A stretch of 63,736 bases of DNA, filler included, from Octopus bimaculoides (Eukaryota), in the NCBI RefSeq assembly GCF_001194135.2. It is 8 parts of 8 records of this genome, joined end to end, with 100 filler letters (N's around TTAATTAATTAA, not from the genome) between each part and the next. Parts side by side here need not be neighbours in the genome. Positions count along the whole stretch, not along the records: positions 1 to 25,120 come from NC_068984.1; positions 25,221 to 43,428 come from NC_068985.1; 6 more parts are not named here. One strand, written 5' to 3'. This document shows, one piece after another, positions 23,870-37,660 of the stretch. The notes beneath the pieces are model-generated. The model saw only the letters and a list, made by a program, of their open reading frames with translations. It had not been told where the DNA came from and did not search any database. A program made the position numbers and the translations under genes. The first letter of the stretch is position 1. The number at the start of each line of letters is the position of its first letter.

Positions 23870-24530
23870 TTCAAATTTTGGCACAAGGCCAGCAATTCCA
23901 GGGAAGTAGGTAAGTCAATTACATTGACCCCAGTGCTCAACTGGTACTTATTTTATCAACCTCAAAAGGATTGTAGTGGCACAAGCAATCAGCGCCATAT
24001 TGGATGAGATCTCGCCGGCAGCCATGGCCATCTCTGAGACTGGAGCGAGATCTCACCTGCATCCATTCACCATGCGCGAGATCACAATGAGGCTCGCGAT
24101 GGCAAACTGGATATAAGGGCCGAACAGACAGATTCTATCTCTTCTTCATCACAAGCGCTTGCTGAACATACATATTTGCTGGCTGGGTCTCCAGGCTAGT
24201 CCTGTCCGCACATCGTATCTCCAGAGGTAATGGGCCCACGGAGATACAACGAGATGTACACAGCTTGAGATGCTCAATTGAGAGTGACACACATCATTTA
24301 TTCTGTGTAACAATGTAAATAAAACTGCTTGTGAATTTGCATTTCCACTTGAGACTTCTTTCTTCACCTGCTGGAGCCTGAAACAACACAACAAACAATT
24401 TTAATGGAAGAAGGCAATACTCATCCAATATCGTGAACCTTACCTCCCATTATAGGATGAAAGGCTGAGTCAGCCTCAACAGAATTTGAACCCAGAACAT
24501 AAAGACAAAATGTTGCTAAGCATTTTGCCC
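23870..24530 (-). mobile_element. Family-B SINE split by a solo LTR
   Basis: Core broken at aaaaggat|...|ggatgaaagg. Confidence 0.82.
23972..24454 (+). mobile_element. Solo LTR (483 bp), probably Ty3/Gypsy
   Basis: Starts TGTAGTGG, ends CCATTATA (6/8 inverted match, terminal CA degenerate); 4-bp TSD GGAT (23968-71, 24455-58); TATAA near 24112, AATAAA at 24318-24323. Confidence 0.75.
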
Positions 24531-24547
24531 AGTATTTATTATAATTA

Positions 24548-24770
24548 TTACCTCCGCCTTAGCGAAGGCAGAGGTATTATTTTCAGTCATGTTTGTTTGT
24601 TTGTCCGTGGACAAGATATCTCAAGAACTGCTGGATGGATTCAGATGAAACTTTCAGGGATGTTTGGCCTCATGACTGGCACAAACTGATTGGATTTGGG
24701 GATCGATCTAGTAACGGACAAAGATTCTGGATTATTTTTTATATTTTCTTTACTTTACATGTATATGTAA
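24548..24770 (+). mobile_element. Non-autonomous helentron/HINE-like element
   Basis: ttacctccgcc...ggcagaggta terminal hairpin, gtttgtttgtttgtcc microsatellite, ggatggattcagatgaaacttt motif recalled from this class. Confidence 0.5.
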
Positions 24771-24909
24771 AGTTTTGTATAGTTCTCTTGTACATGCACA
24801 CACATACACACATATACTCACACATTTTCAGCATTGAACATTACCATCCCATTTCCATTGTACACACACACACGCGCGCGCACAAACATACCTCTCTTTT
24901 ACACAACTT

Positions 24910-25120
24910 CAGGAAACCTGCCAGTCACCTAGTCACCTACCGCTCCGGCAGACACTCTAGCCAAATCGACTACATCCTTGCCAGAAATAGGGAAAGAGGG
25001 CGGCTTATAAATGCCAAAACCTACCCTGGCGAAGAATGTACCCCACAACATAGATTAGTAGTTAGCGACTTTGGGATCAAGGCAAAATGGGTGCCCAGAA
25101 TTAGACAGGCTTGGAGGAGA
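24910..25120 (+). mobile_element. RTE LINE fragment, APE endonuclease C-terminus
   Basis: HLVTYRSGRHSSQIDYILARNRERGRLINAKTYPGEECTPQHRLVVSDF. Confidence 0.9.
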
Positions 25121-25220
25121 NNNNNNNNNNNNNNNNNNNNNNNNNNNNNNNNNNNNNNNNNNNNTTAATTAATTAANNNNNNNNNNNNNNNNNNNNNNNN
25201 NNNNNNNNNNNNNNNNNNNN
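25121..25220. other. Artificial scaffold linker 44N-TTAATTAATTAA-44N (also at 43429, 49094, 50981, 53576, 58960, 62065)
   Basis: Identical 100-bp geometry at seven sites; the 12-mer has stops in all six frames. Confidence 0.95.
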
Positions 25221-25244
25221 ATATATATATATATATATATATAT

Positions 25245-25350
25245 ACGACTGGCTTCTTTCGGTTTTCATCTACTTACAAGGGTTTGGTTGGCCCAAGGCT
25301 ATAGTAGAAGACACTTGCCAAAAGTACCACGCAGTGGGACTGAACACAGA
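25245..25350 (-). mobile_element. Family-F SINE fragment
   Basis: ggctatagtagaagacacttgccaaaagtaccacgcagtgggactgaac. Confidence 0.8.
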
Positions 25351-26317
25351 TCCACTTTGTTTATCAATCTACTTTCACCTATCTATATATCTATCCACCA
25401 GTTCATCTATCCAATCAATCTAAATATCTCTTTATCTAGATATAAACATTCAATACATTATGTTAAAGCTTTGGTAAAAGAGATACATGTACAATTACCA
25501 TATATTAAATGTGAATTATATGTATGTGTTCATGCGTCCACGTACTTGTAATGTTCTCATGAAGTTTTGTTTTGTTTTGGAAACCTCTTTTCCTTCTTCC
25601 TTATTTATTTATTTATTTATTATTTATTTTTTATTCTGGCATCTGCCAAAAGTTTTGTAAGGTTTCAGTTACCTCCCCTTCTTCTACAACAATAGCTCAT
25701 CAATGAGATGTGTAAAGCTGTCTTGAATGATGAAGCAATATCGAGAAAGAATATATCTTACTTCGAACTGAATGTAGCTTATCGATATCAGGTTATCTTT
25801 TGTTGTCAATGCATCCTTTTTCAAATTGTTCATTCTTCAACTGACTCCATGAAAATTAAGATAGCATTGTAGGAAACTTTTGTTGAAAATATATATATCG
25901 ACTTAAAGTCTATTTCCTGAATTAAAGAATTAAAATTAAAAAAAGTGTAAAAATATGGAAACTAATGAAAACATATACACACAAAACTAAAACAACAAAA
26001 CAACAGACAAAACATAACAACATAATCAACAGCAAAATTTCCCTTCTCCTTTTTCACCCGCGTGTTGAATGAGAAACTTATCTTCGATGATATCTACAAA
26101 CGTCAATGTAGATTATTCGCAATTATGCAGTCTTTCATGTGTGCACCATGGCATTATAGCATTTGAGAGAAAGTGAGAGTGAAAGAGACAGAGGAAGCAA
26201 GGGAGAAGGAGAGAGAGAGAGAAATGAAGAGAAGAAAAAATAGATTGATAAATAGATAGAGTATAATAAATAGAATGAAAAATTTTTCCTGCAAGTCACA
26301 GAGATTCGTGATAAGCC

Positions 26318-26365
26318 ATGTTCTTTGCTGTGAAGATTGCTCACAGACTGTCCTACGGCATTCAG
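26318..26365 (+). CDS. Weak candidate short first coding exon (MFFAVKIAHRLSYGIQ)
   Basis: gccATG context and CAG|GTAAAT donor in unique sequence; no recognisable homology. Confidence 0.25.
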
Positions 26366-26656
26366 GTAAATTTCGATGTGGTAATTCTGTTTTTTCCTCC
26401 CTCTCTCTCTCTCTTTTTAGGTTCTCTTTCTTTCTCTCTCCCTCTTTCTCTCTCTGCCGACTTTATAGATTCTATGCAGACGCCTTCAAGCAATCCAGTA
26501 AGAATGTATATAAATATATATATATATAATATATAGATAGATAAATAGATAGATAGATAGATAAATATATATGTATATATACATATATATGTATATATTT
26601 ATATATAAGTGTATATACATGCATATATACTTATATATATAAATATATACATTGTG

Positions 26657-26720
<64 letters not shown>

Positions 26721-27624
26721 ACCCATATACACATATATTCATTAATTACCTATATCTATCTACTTAACTATATAAATGTATATATATATGAGTGTATATA
26801 TTAATGCATATATGTGGATATGTATATATATATACATATACATACGTATGTATGTATGTATAAACACACACACACACACTCTTTACAATGACAAGTATCT
26901 CATTACCAATTTCTGCACAAAAATAGATGATTCTGTTACACAATGACATGCATGGTGGAATCACTCTTTCTCATACCTGGCTTTTCTCATACCTTTGTTT
27001 CTGCTTGACTTTGTAGAATGTTCAAGAAAACAACAAAATCATGAAAAACAACACAACAAACTTACAAAAAGGAAAAATATAATCAAAAACGTAATGAATT
27101 ATATAAATAACCAACAACACTGACTTAAACTAAACTAATCTAAACTGAACTAAACCATTGTTTTGTCTTTAATTATTTTTAATGAATTTTATATATATTC
27201 GTTACTGTTGTTTGTGTTTTAGTTTTTAGGGGAGTGAGTTGTTTTGCTTTTTGTTATATTTGTTTGTTTTTTTTCCTGTCTTTGGGTTTCCATTCATTTC
27301 CAAAAATAGATTTAGTTTCAATGACGATTTTTACTTATTTCTCCCAAAATTTTTGTGAAACTTCTTTTGTAAAGGATACAATGGTATTTTCTATTTAAAA
27401 ATATATAAAATTTACGAAAAGGAAAAGAAATCACAAGATATACATCTGAGGATTAATATAGCATAGGTTTGATTAAGAGTACTAAAAAAAAAAGGAAAAA
27501 CAGAAACAAAAAAAAAAGATAGTTCGCAATGCAAAAGAATAAAAGTATTTGTCAGAAACTCATTAGTTTGTGGATACATATACAGGTATATACATGTATA
27601 TGGATGCATGCATTCACATGCGCG

Positions 27625-27659
<35 letters not shown>

Positions 27660-27908
27660 ATGCATATATATACATATATGTAAGTATACATATGTACATA
27701 TATGCACATGTGTGTGTATGTGTGTGTCTGTGTCTGTGTTGATATAAATGTGCATATATATATATATATATATATATACATACACATATATGCTTATATA
27801 TGTGTATCTATATTTACATATATATATACACACATATATATACATAAATATACAAACACATATACATTCACTCTTATATATATGTGTGTGTGATTTCGTA
27901 TTTGTCTC

Positions 27909-27946
<38 letters not shown>

Positions 27947-28154
27947 NNNNNNNNNNNNNNNNNNNNNNNNNNNNNNNNNNNNNNNNNNNNNNNNNNNNNN
28001 NNNNNNNNNNNNNNNNNNNNNNNNNNNNNNNNNNNNNNNTATACATATGTATGTATGTATGTATACAATGGTATATTTGTATTTGTGTTATACACATACA
28101 TATATAAATATATTCATATATATATAAACACATATAATCATGCATATTTATATA

Positions 28155-28190
<36 letters not shown>

Positions 28191-28234
28191 AACACATACA
28201 TACACTCATGCACACACACATATACACACGTTCG

Positions 28235-28265
<31 letters not shown>

Positions 28266-28620
28266 ACACACATATGCATGAAAATATACATGTATGTGTG
28301 TGTGTGTGCATAATGTATGTATACTTACATACTTTTTGCACTGCATGCAAGTTTATATATATCTTTCATTTGCAGTGAAAATGATCTTTCTGTTGCTGGT
28401 TTTATTATCTTATTTAAACTTATCATTAAGTACCATTTTACTGTTTGTTATTCAATAATGTCATGACTGTAGATAGATGTGCAGCAGTCTATCAGAAGAA
28501 ACAAAAATAGATACAGTTCCTCTCAGTATGTGACCGTGTGCATGTACATGTATGTATGTACATAAGTACGAAAGTATTTATGTATGTATGTATGTATGTA
28601 TGTATATTATGTATGTATGT

Positions 28621-28800
28621 TTTTTATCTTTCACTTGTTTCAGTCAGTAGACTGTGGCCATGCTGGAGCACCACCTTGACGTATTGTCAGCTGAATAAAT
28701 CAACCACAAAACTTTTTTTAAGCTTGGTCTTATGATATCAGTCTCTTTTGGTGAGTCACTAAGCTATGGGGTTGTAAACACACCAACACCGATTGTCAGT
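28621..28800 (-). mobile_element. Family-C SINE
   Basis: cttgtttcagtca...ctgtggccatgctggagcacc. Confidence 0.8.
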
Positions 28801-29031
28801 CTTTATTTTGATCTGTCTTTTGCTGGATGAATGAAAGCAGATGAGAGTCTCAGTGCACTGTTGAAATACTATCGTCAACTTCATTATTCGTGAAGTATTG
28901 TCTGATTGATCATGTGTGTAATTCATGTATGTGATTCTCTGAGTAACAATGGAGTGAATAACCAAATTTTAACCTATAAATATAAACTCTCCATCATGTA
29001 TTGAGTGCTCTTTTCTTTTGTTTGTGCACCT

Positions 29032-29069
<38 letters not shown>

Positions 29070-29070
<1 letters not shown>

Positions 29071-29300
29071 AGGTTGCATGTTGTGTTCTTGAGCAAGACA
29101 CTTTATTTCACATTACTACAGTTCACTCAGCCGTAGAAATGAGTTGTGACATCACTGGTGCCAAGCTGTATTGACCTTTGCCTTTCCTTTGGATAACATC
29201 GGTGGTGTGGAGAGGGGAGGCTGGCATGCATGGGTGACTGCTGGTCTTCCATAAGATCAACCTGAGGGGAACATCTTAAGTGCACCCATGGTCATTCATG
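29070..29300 (+). mobile_element. CORE-like SINE body
   Basis: gtgttcttgagcaagacactttatttcacatt...cagttcactcagccgtagaaatgagtt resembles the CORE module. Confidence 0.65.
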
Positions 29301-29619
29301 ACCAATGGAGTTGAGTATATATATCAACATCAGCAGCATCATTTAATGTTTATTTTCTATGCTGGATTTTGTTGGTCAGTTTGACAGGAGCCAGCAAGCC
29401 AGAGGAATCTACCAAGCTCTACTGTCTGCTTTGGCATGGTTTCCGTGGATGGATGACCTTCCTAACACCAACATAGCACCTATACATAGGTATCAACTTA
29501 GCTTTGTGCTCAAGAAGTTCACTTCCCAGTCATGAGTGAAGGCATGTGGCTTAGTAGCTAGGGTATTGTGCTCATGATCATAAGGTCATGGTTTCAATTC
29601 CCACTTTAGACACTGGGAC

Positions 29620-30644
29620 ATTCATGCTGACATAGTGCTATATTAGTGGATGATGCTCCAGCTTTAACAACAGTGCAAAAGTGGGCAGTGGAGTTTAAGA
29701 GAAGAGAGAATGTTGAAGAGAAGCCGTCTGGATGTCCTACAACTGCCACCACCAAAGAAGACATTGATTGTGTTCACCACATGCTAATGGATGACAGGCG
29801 ATTAACTATAAATCAAATAGCCAATGCTGTTAGCACATCCCATGAATGAGTTGAGAATATTCTGAACAATGAACTTGGCATGATGAATGTTTCTGCTCTG
29901 TGTGTGCCATGTCTTCTGACCTGATCAAAGCACACCAGGCTGAACACATCACAAGAAAATCTGATATTCTTTGAGGCAGATCCTATTGGTTTCCTTGAAA
30001 GTTTCCAAGTCCAGGATGAGTGTTGTGTTTATCACTTTGAGCCAGAAACAAAGGGACAATTCATGCAGTGAAAACACTCTTCCTCACCTACTCCAAAGAA
30101 GGCCATCTGCAGAGAATGTGATGCCTTCAGTGTTTGGGGATACTAAAGGCATTGTGTTTATTGACAATATCCAAAAGGGCTACACCATCAATGGAGAGTA
30201 TTATGCCAATTTGCTGAGGCAGTTACAAAAGGCTATCAAGACAAAACAGCCCAGAAAACTGACAGAAGCAGGATCTTGTTTCATGAGGACAATGCCCCAG
30301 TGCACAGGTCCTTTATTTTAATGGTTGCTGCACATGACCGTGGCTTTGAACAGGTTGATCACCTTTCCTATTCTCCTGATTTTGCCCCACCTGGTTATCA
30401 TCTGTTCCAGAACATGAAAAGTCACTTGGCTGAGACACAGCATTGCAGTGATGATGATGTCATATCTGCTGATGATGACATTTTTGACCAACAGGATGAA
30501 AGCATTTTTGCCAATGAGATCCAAGCACTACAGCACCAATGAAAGAAGTATGTAAGCCACAAGGGGGTCTATATTGAAAAATAAACATTATCTTGGTCGC
30601 ATTCCATGAGAGTATCTTAGTCAGCCTATGAATTTCCAAGTAAA

Positions 30645-30646
<2 letters not shown>
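29620..30646 (+). pseudogene. Decayed mariner transposase with 3' end; 5' end lost
   Basis: PALTTVQKWAVEFKR, DDRRLTINQIA, GIVFIDNIQKGYTINGEYYANLL, FHEDNAPVH, YSPDFAPPGYHLF; many stops and frameshifts; TA at 30647. Confidence 0.92.
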
Positions 30647-30681
<35 letters not shown>

Positions 30682-31483
30682 GCACACACACATACATGTA
30701 TGCATGTATGTTTGAATGTATGTACATAAATATTATATATATATTCACATATAAAGTATAAGAGTTTATATTGAATATGTTGTCTATTGACTTTTTTTAC
30801 ATGCTAGGCCACTGGTAGTATAACTCTGTATAGTTTTTGCTACCTTTTTATATATATATTCACCATGTGTGCCATGTTAAAATAATGCTTAACATGGCAC
30901 GTGAACTTTTACCTCGACCTAATATATATATACATATATATTTACATATATATGTATATNNNNNNNNNNNNNNNNNNNNNNNNNNNNNNNNNNNNNNNNN
31001 NNNNNNNNNNNNNNNNNNNNNNNNNNNNNNNNNNNNNNNNNNNNNNNNNNNNNNNNNNNNNNNNNNNNNNNNNNNNNNNNNNNNNNNNNNNNNNNNNNNN
31101 NNNNNNNNNNNNNNNNNNNNNNNNNNNNNNNNNNNNNNNNNNNNNNNNNNNNNNNNNNNNNNNNNNNNNNNNNNNNNNNNNNNNNNNNNNNNNNNNNNNN
31201 NNNNNNNNNNNNNNNNNNNNNNNNNNNNNNNNNNNNNNNNNNNNNNNNNNNNNNNNNNNNNNNNNNNNNNNNNNNNNNNNNNNNNNNNNNNNNNNNNNNN
31301 NNNNNNNNNNNNNNNNNNNNNNNNNNNNNNNNNNNNNNNNNNNNNNNNNNNNNNNNNNNNNNNNNNNNNNNNNNNNNNNNNNNNNNNNNNNNNNNNNNNN
31401 NNNNNNNNNNNNNNNNNNNNNNNNNNNNNNNNNNNNNNNNNNNNNNNNNNNNNNNNNNNNNNNTGTGTGTGTGTGTGTGTGTA

Positions 31484-32742
31484 TTGGGTCATCCCATAAA
31501 TAATGCAGTTTTTTCAATTGCATGAACTAAAAGGCGAAGGGGGATGGGATAAACTACTTACATCAACTTGCTATAAAAGCAGGTAGTAATTTTACCTTGT
31601 CGTTATTTTTAGTGCAAGTTTTGAAGAGTGCAGTTCGATTTTAACAGTTATTTTTTCAAAGCTATAATGGAAGTGACAAAGGAGCATATTCGGCGTATTT
31701 TGCTTTATGAGTTCAATAAATGCAACAATGTGATGGAAAGTGCAAGGAATATTAATGCAGTATATGGGGATCAGACAATAAGCATGAGCCAGTGTCAACA
31801 GTGGTTCCAGAAATTCCAAGCTGGAAGACGAGCCTTGTCCTGGAAGACAGCCTGGAAGACGAGCCTTGTCCTGGAAGATCTGTAGAGCTTAATTAGGCTG
31901 TCCTGCAAACCCTGGTGGAAAAAAATCCCATCGTAACTGTTGAGGAACTAGCAGAGCAGCCTGGATTTGGTCATTCAACCATTCATCGACACTTGATTGC
32001 CATCAGGAAAGTCAGCATATTGGGTCAATGGGTTCCTCACAAACTTTCCAAGTCTAATCACATGCAGAGTGTAAATGTGCTTATCATTGCTGTCACATCT
32101 CAGAAATTAACCTTTTTTGGACCGAATAGTGATGAGAAATAGGTTCACTGACTGGTGACAAGAAATAGGTTCTCTATAAAAATGTGAAGTGCCAAAGACA
32201 GTGGGTATGGAAAGGAGAAACACCTGACACCATGGCTAAAGAAGGTCTTCACCATCATAAGGTGTCTGTTTGGTGAGATATGAAAGTTTAGTCCACTTTG
32301 AACTTTTAAACCCAAACCAAACAATAACAAAGGAGTTCTACTGTGAGCAGCATGAGCAGCTTAAATGAACGCTAGAAGAAACATGACCATCTTTGGCTTG
32401 AAGATGAAAGGTGTTCTTCAATCAAGATAATGCTCAGCCACATACAGCAAGGATGACATTCCAAAGACTGGAGCAGTATGAATGGGAAATAATGTCCCAT
32501 CCACCATATTCACTGGACATTGATCCATTTGATTGCCATCTATTCTGCAGTCTTCAAAATCATTTGGAAGGAAAAAAATATGAAGTGAATTTTAGAAGAG
32601 AGGCCTTGCAAGTCTACCAGATAGATGGAAGAGCATTATAGGAAAATGAAGGAGAGGTATATTTTAGATTAAAAAAGAACTTTATTTTAATTTTGAAAAA
32701 TAAAAGAAGCATAAGAACCGTATTATTTACAGAATGTGCCAA
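31484..32742 (+). mobile_element. Near full-length decayed mariner (Mos1-like) with TIRs and TA TSD
   Basis: TIR ttgggtcatcccataaataatgcagttttt vs aagaaccgtattatttacagaatgtgccaa (22/30); MEVTKEHIRRILLYEF, GQWVPHKL, FNQDNAQPH, HPPYSLDIDPFDCHLF; internal ~31-bp duplication near 31822-31880. Confidence 0.93.
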
Positions 32743-32743
32743 T

Positions 32744-32782
<39 letters not shown>

Positions 32783-33354
32783 GATATATCTACATATATA
32801 TATATACACACTCGCACATGCACACGCACACATGCATGGACGCACACACACACACACACACACACAGACGTTAATATTGAACCGAAGAATGAGTAATCAT
32901 TTATTGAATTCTTGGTTCACAATAATATATATATATATATGTATGTATATACACATACATGCATATCAATGCTGTGTTGATGTATATTTATATGTGTGTA
33001 CAGATATATATNNNNNNNNNNNNNNNNNNNNNNNNNNNNNNNNNNNNNNNNNNNNNNNNNNNNNNNNNNNNNNNNNNNNNNNNNNNNNNNNNNNNNNNNN
33101 NNNNNNNNNNNNNNNNNNNNNNNNNNNNNNNNNNNNNNNNNNNNNNNNNNNNNNNNNNNNNNNNNNNNNNNNNNNNNNNNNNNNNNNNNNNNNNNNNNNN
33201 NNNNNNNNNNNNNNNNNNNNNNNNNNNNNNNNNNNNNNNNNNNNNNNNNNNNNNNNNNNNNNNNNNNNNNNNNNNNNNNNNNNNNNNNNNNNNNNNNNNN
33301 NNNNNNNNNNNNNNNNNNNNNNNNNNNNNNNNNNNNNNNNNNNNNNNNNNNNNN

Positions 33355-33396
<42 letters not shown>

Positions 33397-34114
33397 AACC
33401 ATGATGATTGTAACAGCCTCACACACACTTTCATACCAATACATTCACACACTCACACACACACACACACACACACACATACATATAGTCATCCAAACAT
33501 GTACAGATACATATCTGATGTTTTCATTTCACACTAAATTGGAAATGGTACAGTTAAGCTAAACGAGAAATGTTCTGATTGGAAAGCAAGATTGTTCCCA
33601 TTGATGAGATGCTATCTCTTCTCACTACATACTACTATTATCAAAGACCATTAGACAAAATGTCTCCAAATCTATATCAATTCCAACAGATGACAATATG
33701 GCTATAAAAGAAACAGAGAAACTGTCTACATTTACACACACACTTATATGTATCTGTGTATATATGGACTAGTGTGAACGTGTGTGCATCTGTCTGTCTA
33801 TGTGTGTGCATGTGTGTGTGTGAACGTGTGTGCATGTGTGTGTGGGTATGTGTGTGCATGCGTGTGTGCCTGTATAAAGATATGGAAATAGAAATATGAA
33901 AAATGAGAGGATTGAAAAGAGAAACTAAGTTCATAATAATAGGTGCTTTAAGAATTAAGAATGATGAAAACAAATAAATGAATAACTATATAACCACCAT
34001 ACATATCACCTTGTATTTATGTATATATATATGTGTGTGTGTGTGTGTATGTGTGTGTAATATATATATATATTATATACGTAATATATGTATATGTATA
34101 TATATATAAAATAC

Positions 34115-34157
<43 letters not shown>

Positions 34158-34212
34158 GTACACATGTATAGATTATATAACATATATATATTATATAATG
34201 CATATCTATGTA

Positions 34213-34245
<33 letters not shown>

Positions 34246-34756
34246 TANNNNNNNNNNNNNNNNNNNNNNNNNNNNNNNNNNNNNNNNNNNNNNNNNNNNN
34301 NNNNNNNNNNNNNNNNNNNNNNNNNNNNNNNNNNNNNNNNNNNNNNNNNNNNNNNNNNNNNNNNNNNNNNNNNNNNNNNNNNNNNNNNNNNNNNNNNNNN
34401 NNNNNNNNNNNNNNNNNNNNNNNNNNNNNNNNNNNNNNNNNNNNNNNNNNNNNNNNNNNNNNNNNNNNNNNNNNNNNNNNNNNNNNNNNNNNNNNNNNNN
34501 NNNNNNNNNNNNNNNNNNNNNNNNNNNNNNNNNNNNNNNNNNNNNNNNNNNNNNNNNNNNNNNNNNNNNNNNNNNNNNNNNNNNNNNNNNNNNNNNNNNN
34601 NNNNNNNNNNNNNNNNNNNNNNNNNNNNNNNNNNNNNNNNNNNNNNNNNNNNNNNNNNNNNNNNNNNNNNNNNNNNNNNNNNNNNNNNNNNNNNNNNNNN
34701 NNNNNNNNNNNNNNNNNNNNNNNNNNNNNNNNNNNNNNNNNNNNNNNNNNNNNNNN

Positions 34757-34812
<56 letters not shown>

Positions 34813-35327
34813 GAGAGAGAAGGAGAATATTCTCAAGACAACAAAAAAAGGACACAAAATGAAAGCATGTTTTGAAGGCACATGAATACATGTTATGGTA
34901 TTGTATCTTTTTGTTTTTTTTCTTTGAGAATACATGAACTCCATTCATTTGGGCATTGAAAGTATACAATAACAACAACAATGACAATGACAACAATAAT
35001 AATGATGATGATGATGATACTGATGACAGTGATGATGATGATGATGATGATGACGATTGCTTTAATTTCCTTTTCTTTTATTATAATTATTGGCTACATG
35101 TCCCAAATATATGATACATAGAACATGCCATGTACATGCAAAGGCTTATGAAATATTCAAAACATTTAAAGCATGTTACAAATTTTCATGCTCAAAGAAA
35201 TTGTTACCCTGGAACTTAACAATCAGATTCTCTTGCTAAATCACAGGGATGTAAACAAACCAACACAGATTCTAATTCAGTGGGGGAGACTAACACAAAT
35301 TCTAAGACACATATGCATGTCTGTTTG

Positions 35328-35369
<42 letters not shown>

Positions 35370-35394
35370 TTTGTGTCTTTGTGTCTGTCTCCCA

Positions 35395-35595
35395 CCACTG
35401 CTTGGCAACCAGTGTTGATATGTTCACATCCCTGTAACTTAGTGTTTTGACAAAAGAGATCAATAGAGTAAGTTCCAGGCTTTAAAACAATATAAATACT
35501 GTGGTCAGTTCATTTGACTAAAGATTTTTCAAGGTAGTGCCCTAGCATGGCCACAGTCTAATGACTGAAACAAGCAAAGGATAAAAGATAAAAGA
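35395..35595 (+). mobile_element. Family-C SINE
   Basis: gtaacttagtgttttgacaaaagagatc...gactgaaacaagcaaaggataaaag. Confidence 0.8.
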
Positions 35596-36403
35596 CATTA
35601 GAGAATGTAGTGCTCAATGTAAAAAAATAACTGATCAGCCATAGCTAACACATTTTTTATTATAGATATACTTAACAACAGCTAACCTGGAGCTAATCAA
35701 TAACAATAAAACAAAAGAGAATATAATTTCAAAGAAATGTAAAAAAAAAACAAAACAAGATAACTGTTGCTTTCACTGTTATTGGTGTAGCTGTTGTTTT
35801 TCACATAAATGAGATGATCCTGTCTTTACAGAATTATCTGATTAATTAGAACACTATATGTAGATATTGAAGTAATCCAAATCTAAACTAAAGCACACCA
35901 AAGACAACTGCAGATTCTAAGAACTGGTCTCAAATATTTAAAAAGAAGATAAGGAAATTGACTTCCTTTTGTATTGTGTATTTGATGCAATAGATTAGAC
36001 AAGATGCACTCTCATTGCTGAATTTGTAGGTCTTCTCATCCACTGACAACTTCAGACTTCAATCGGTAAATCTTCCACATACAATGGACAATGTTTACTT
36101 TGAAGTCAATCTATTGTGTTACATCAGATTGCCTTGCCTTGCATTGCATTGCATGATAATGTTTAGTGATATAATCTTATTCATCTCTCTGAGATTTACG
36201 CAACTATAGGTCACCAACTGCCATGTGTAAAATGTGTCACTGCACCGTAAATCTTTTGTTAATTTACTGGTGTCAGTCATTTGACTTATAACCATGTTGG
36301 CTAAGATAAAAGACAATTGGCCAAGGTATTGTGCAGTGGGATTGAACTATGTAGCTGCAAAGTGAACAGCTTAACTAGAGAACCATGGCTGCACTTACAT
36401 ATG

Positions 36404-36436
<33 letters not shown>

Positions 36437-36481
36437 ACACAAACACACATATATTTGCATGTGTGTATACATGCATAGATA

Positions 36482-36521
<40 letters not shown>

Positions 36522-36522
36522 A

Positions 36523-37660
36523 CAGGGTGCGGATGGTATTTGAGGACAGATTTATGGTTTAAAAAAACGCTTATATAATAACAGAAAAAAACTGTATTTT
36601 TATAAAAAATAGCTTAAACATCAAGCTAAATTATCAATTTAATAATTTCATTCAATAAAACCACATAAGCATCAATAATTGCCTCTACATGGGGTTGAAA
36701 TCATTTATAGGCTCAGTAGTCCTTGTTCATATCAGACATGACTCAAACTATGGCAGCTTTCAAAGAATCTTTGGTGCTATGGGGGTATTCATTGACATTT
36801 TTCTCAACAATGATCTATGCATAGTAGTCCAGTGGATTGAGATCTGGAGAATTAGGAGGCCAAATGTTGAGGGTGATGTGATCATGCAAATTGTCAGCCA
36901 TCCATTCTTGTGTTATCTGAGTCTTGTGTGATGGTGCAGAATCTTGTTGAAAGACATAAGGCCTTCCATTGCATACACTGTTGATGCAAGGCTTAACAAC
37001 TTTATCCAGAATCTAAATATACACAGAAGCATTCACCCTAAGACCTTGTGGAAAAAAATGAGGAGACATCACATGACCATCATTGCTAACAACACCCGAA
37101 ACCATGACTCTTGTGAGAAATTTTGTGTGCATTACTCTTGGAATCTCAGAAGGGTCTGCACATAGCCATCTGTGATTTCTTCTGTTAGTTTTCAGGTCCT
37201 GGTCAAAGATTTTGTCATCTGAGAAAAACCAAATCACACCATCTTCTGATGGATTTTCAAGTTTGTTCAAAAGTCTTTTGGATCTGATTAAACTGTTTTC
37301 TTTTGTTTTTCTGACATGAATTGACCTCTCCTCATCACGTAAGATTTGTATCTGATATTTTCAGGCACAACATTTCTGATTATTTTTTCTGACACACATA
37401 ATTTTTTGTAATTTACCTCATTGATTTTCCTGGATTGTCTTCTTGAATAAATTCAGGTGTCCTGATAGAATCAGAGCATTTGGAATGTTTCTTACATGTT
37501 GATACAAATAATACACTTCCATCTTCTTTCTTTAACTCACACCAAATCTTGTGGATAAAAGATCTTGCAACATTAAGAAAATGAGAAATTTCTAAATCAC
37601 CATGCTTAGCCGTCAAAACCACAATCACAGCATGCCTTTTTATTTCATTAATAAGCATAG
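36523..37660 (-). mobile_element. Decayed maT (DD37D, Bmmar1-like) transposon; transposase remnant 36648-37658
   Basis: WFFSDDKIFDQDLKTNRRNHRWL, VMVSGVVSNDGHVMSPHFFPQGLRVNA; terminus cagggtg; other end falls in a gap. Confidence 0.88.

Noticed and set aside
25165-25176. TTAATTAATTAA recurring seven times, resembling a regulatory or recombination site
   Set aside because: Always centred in exactly 44N+12+44N; an assembly linker, not biology.
30837-34996. Long ORFs of 150-350 aa in the track (also 3354-4233, 39825, 51780-52888, 60343-61463)
   Set aside because: They are open only because they run through N-gaps and (TA)n/(CA)n repeats.
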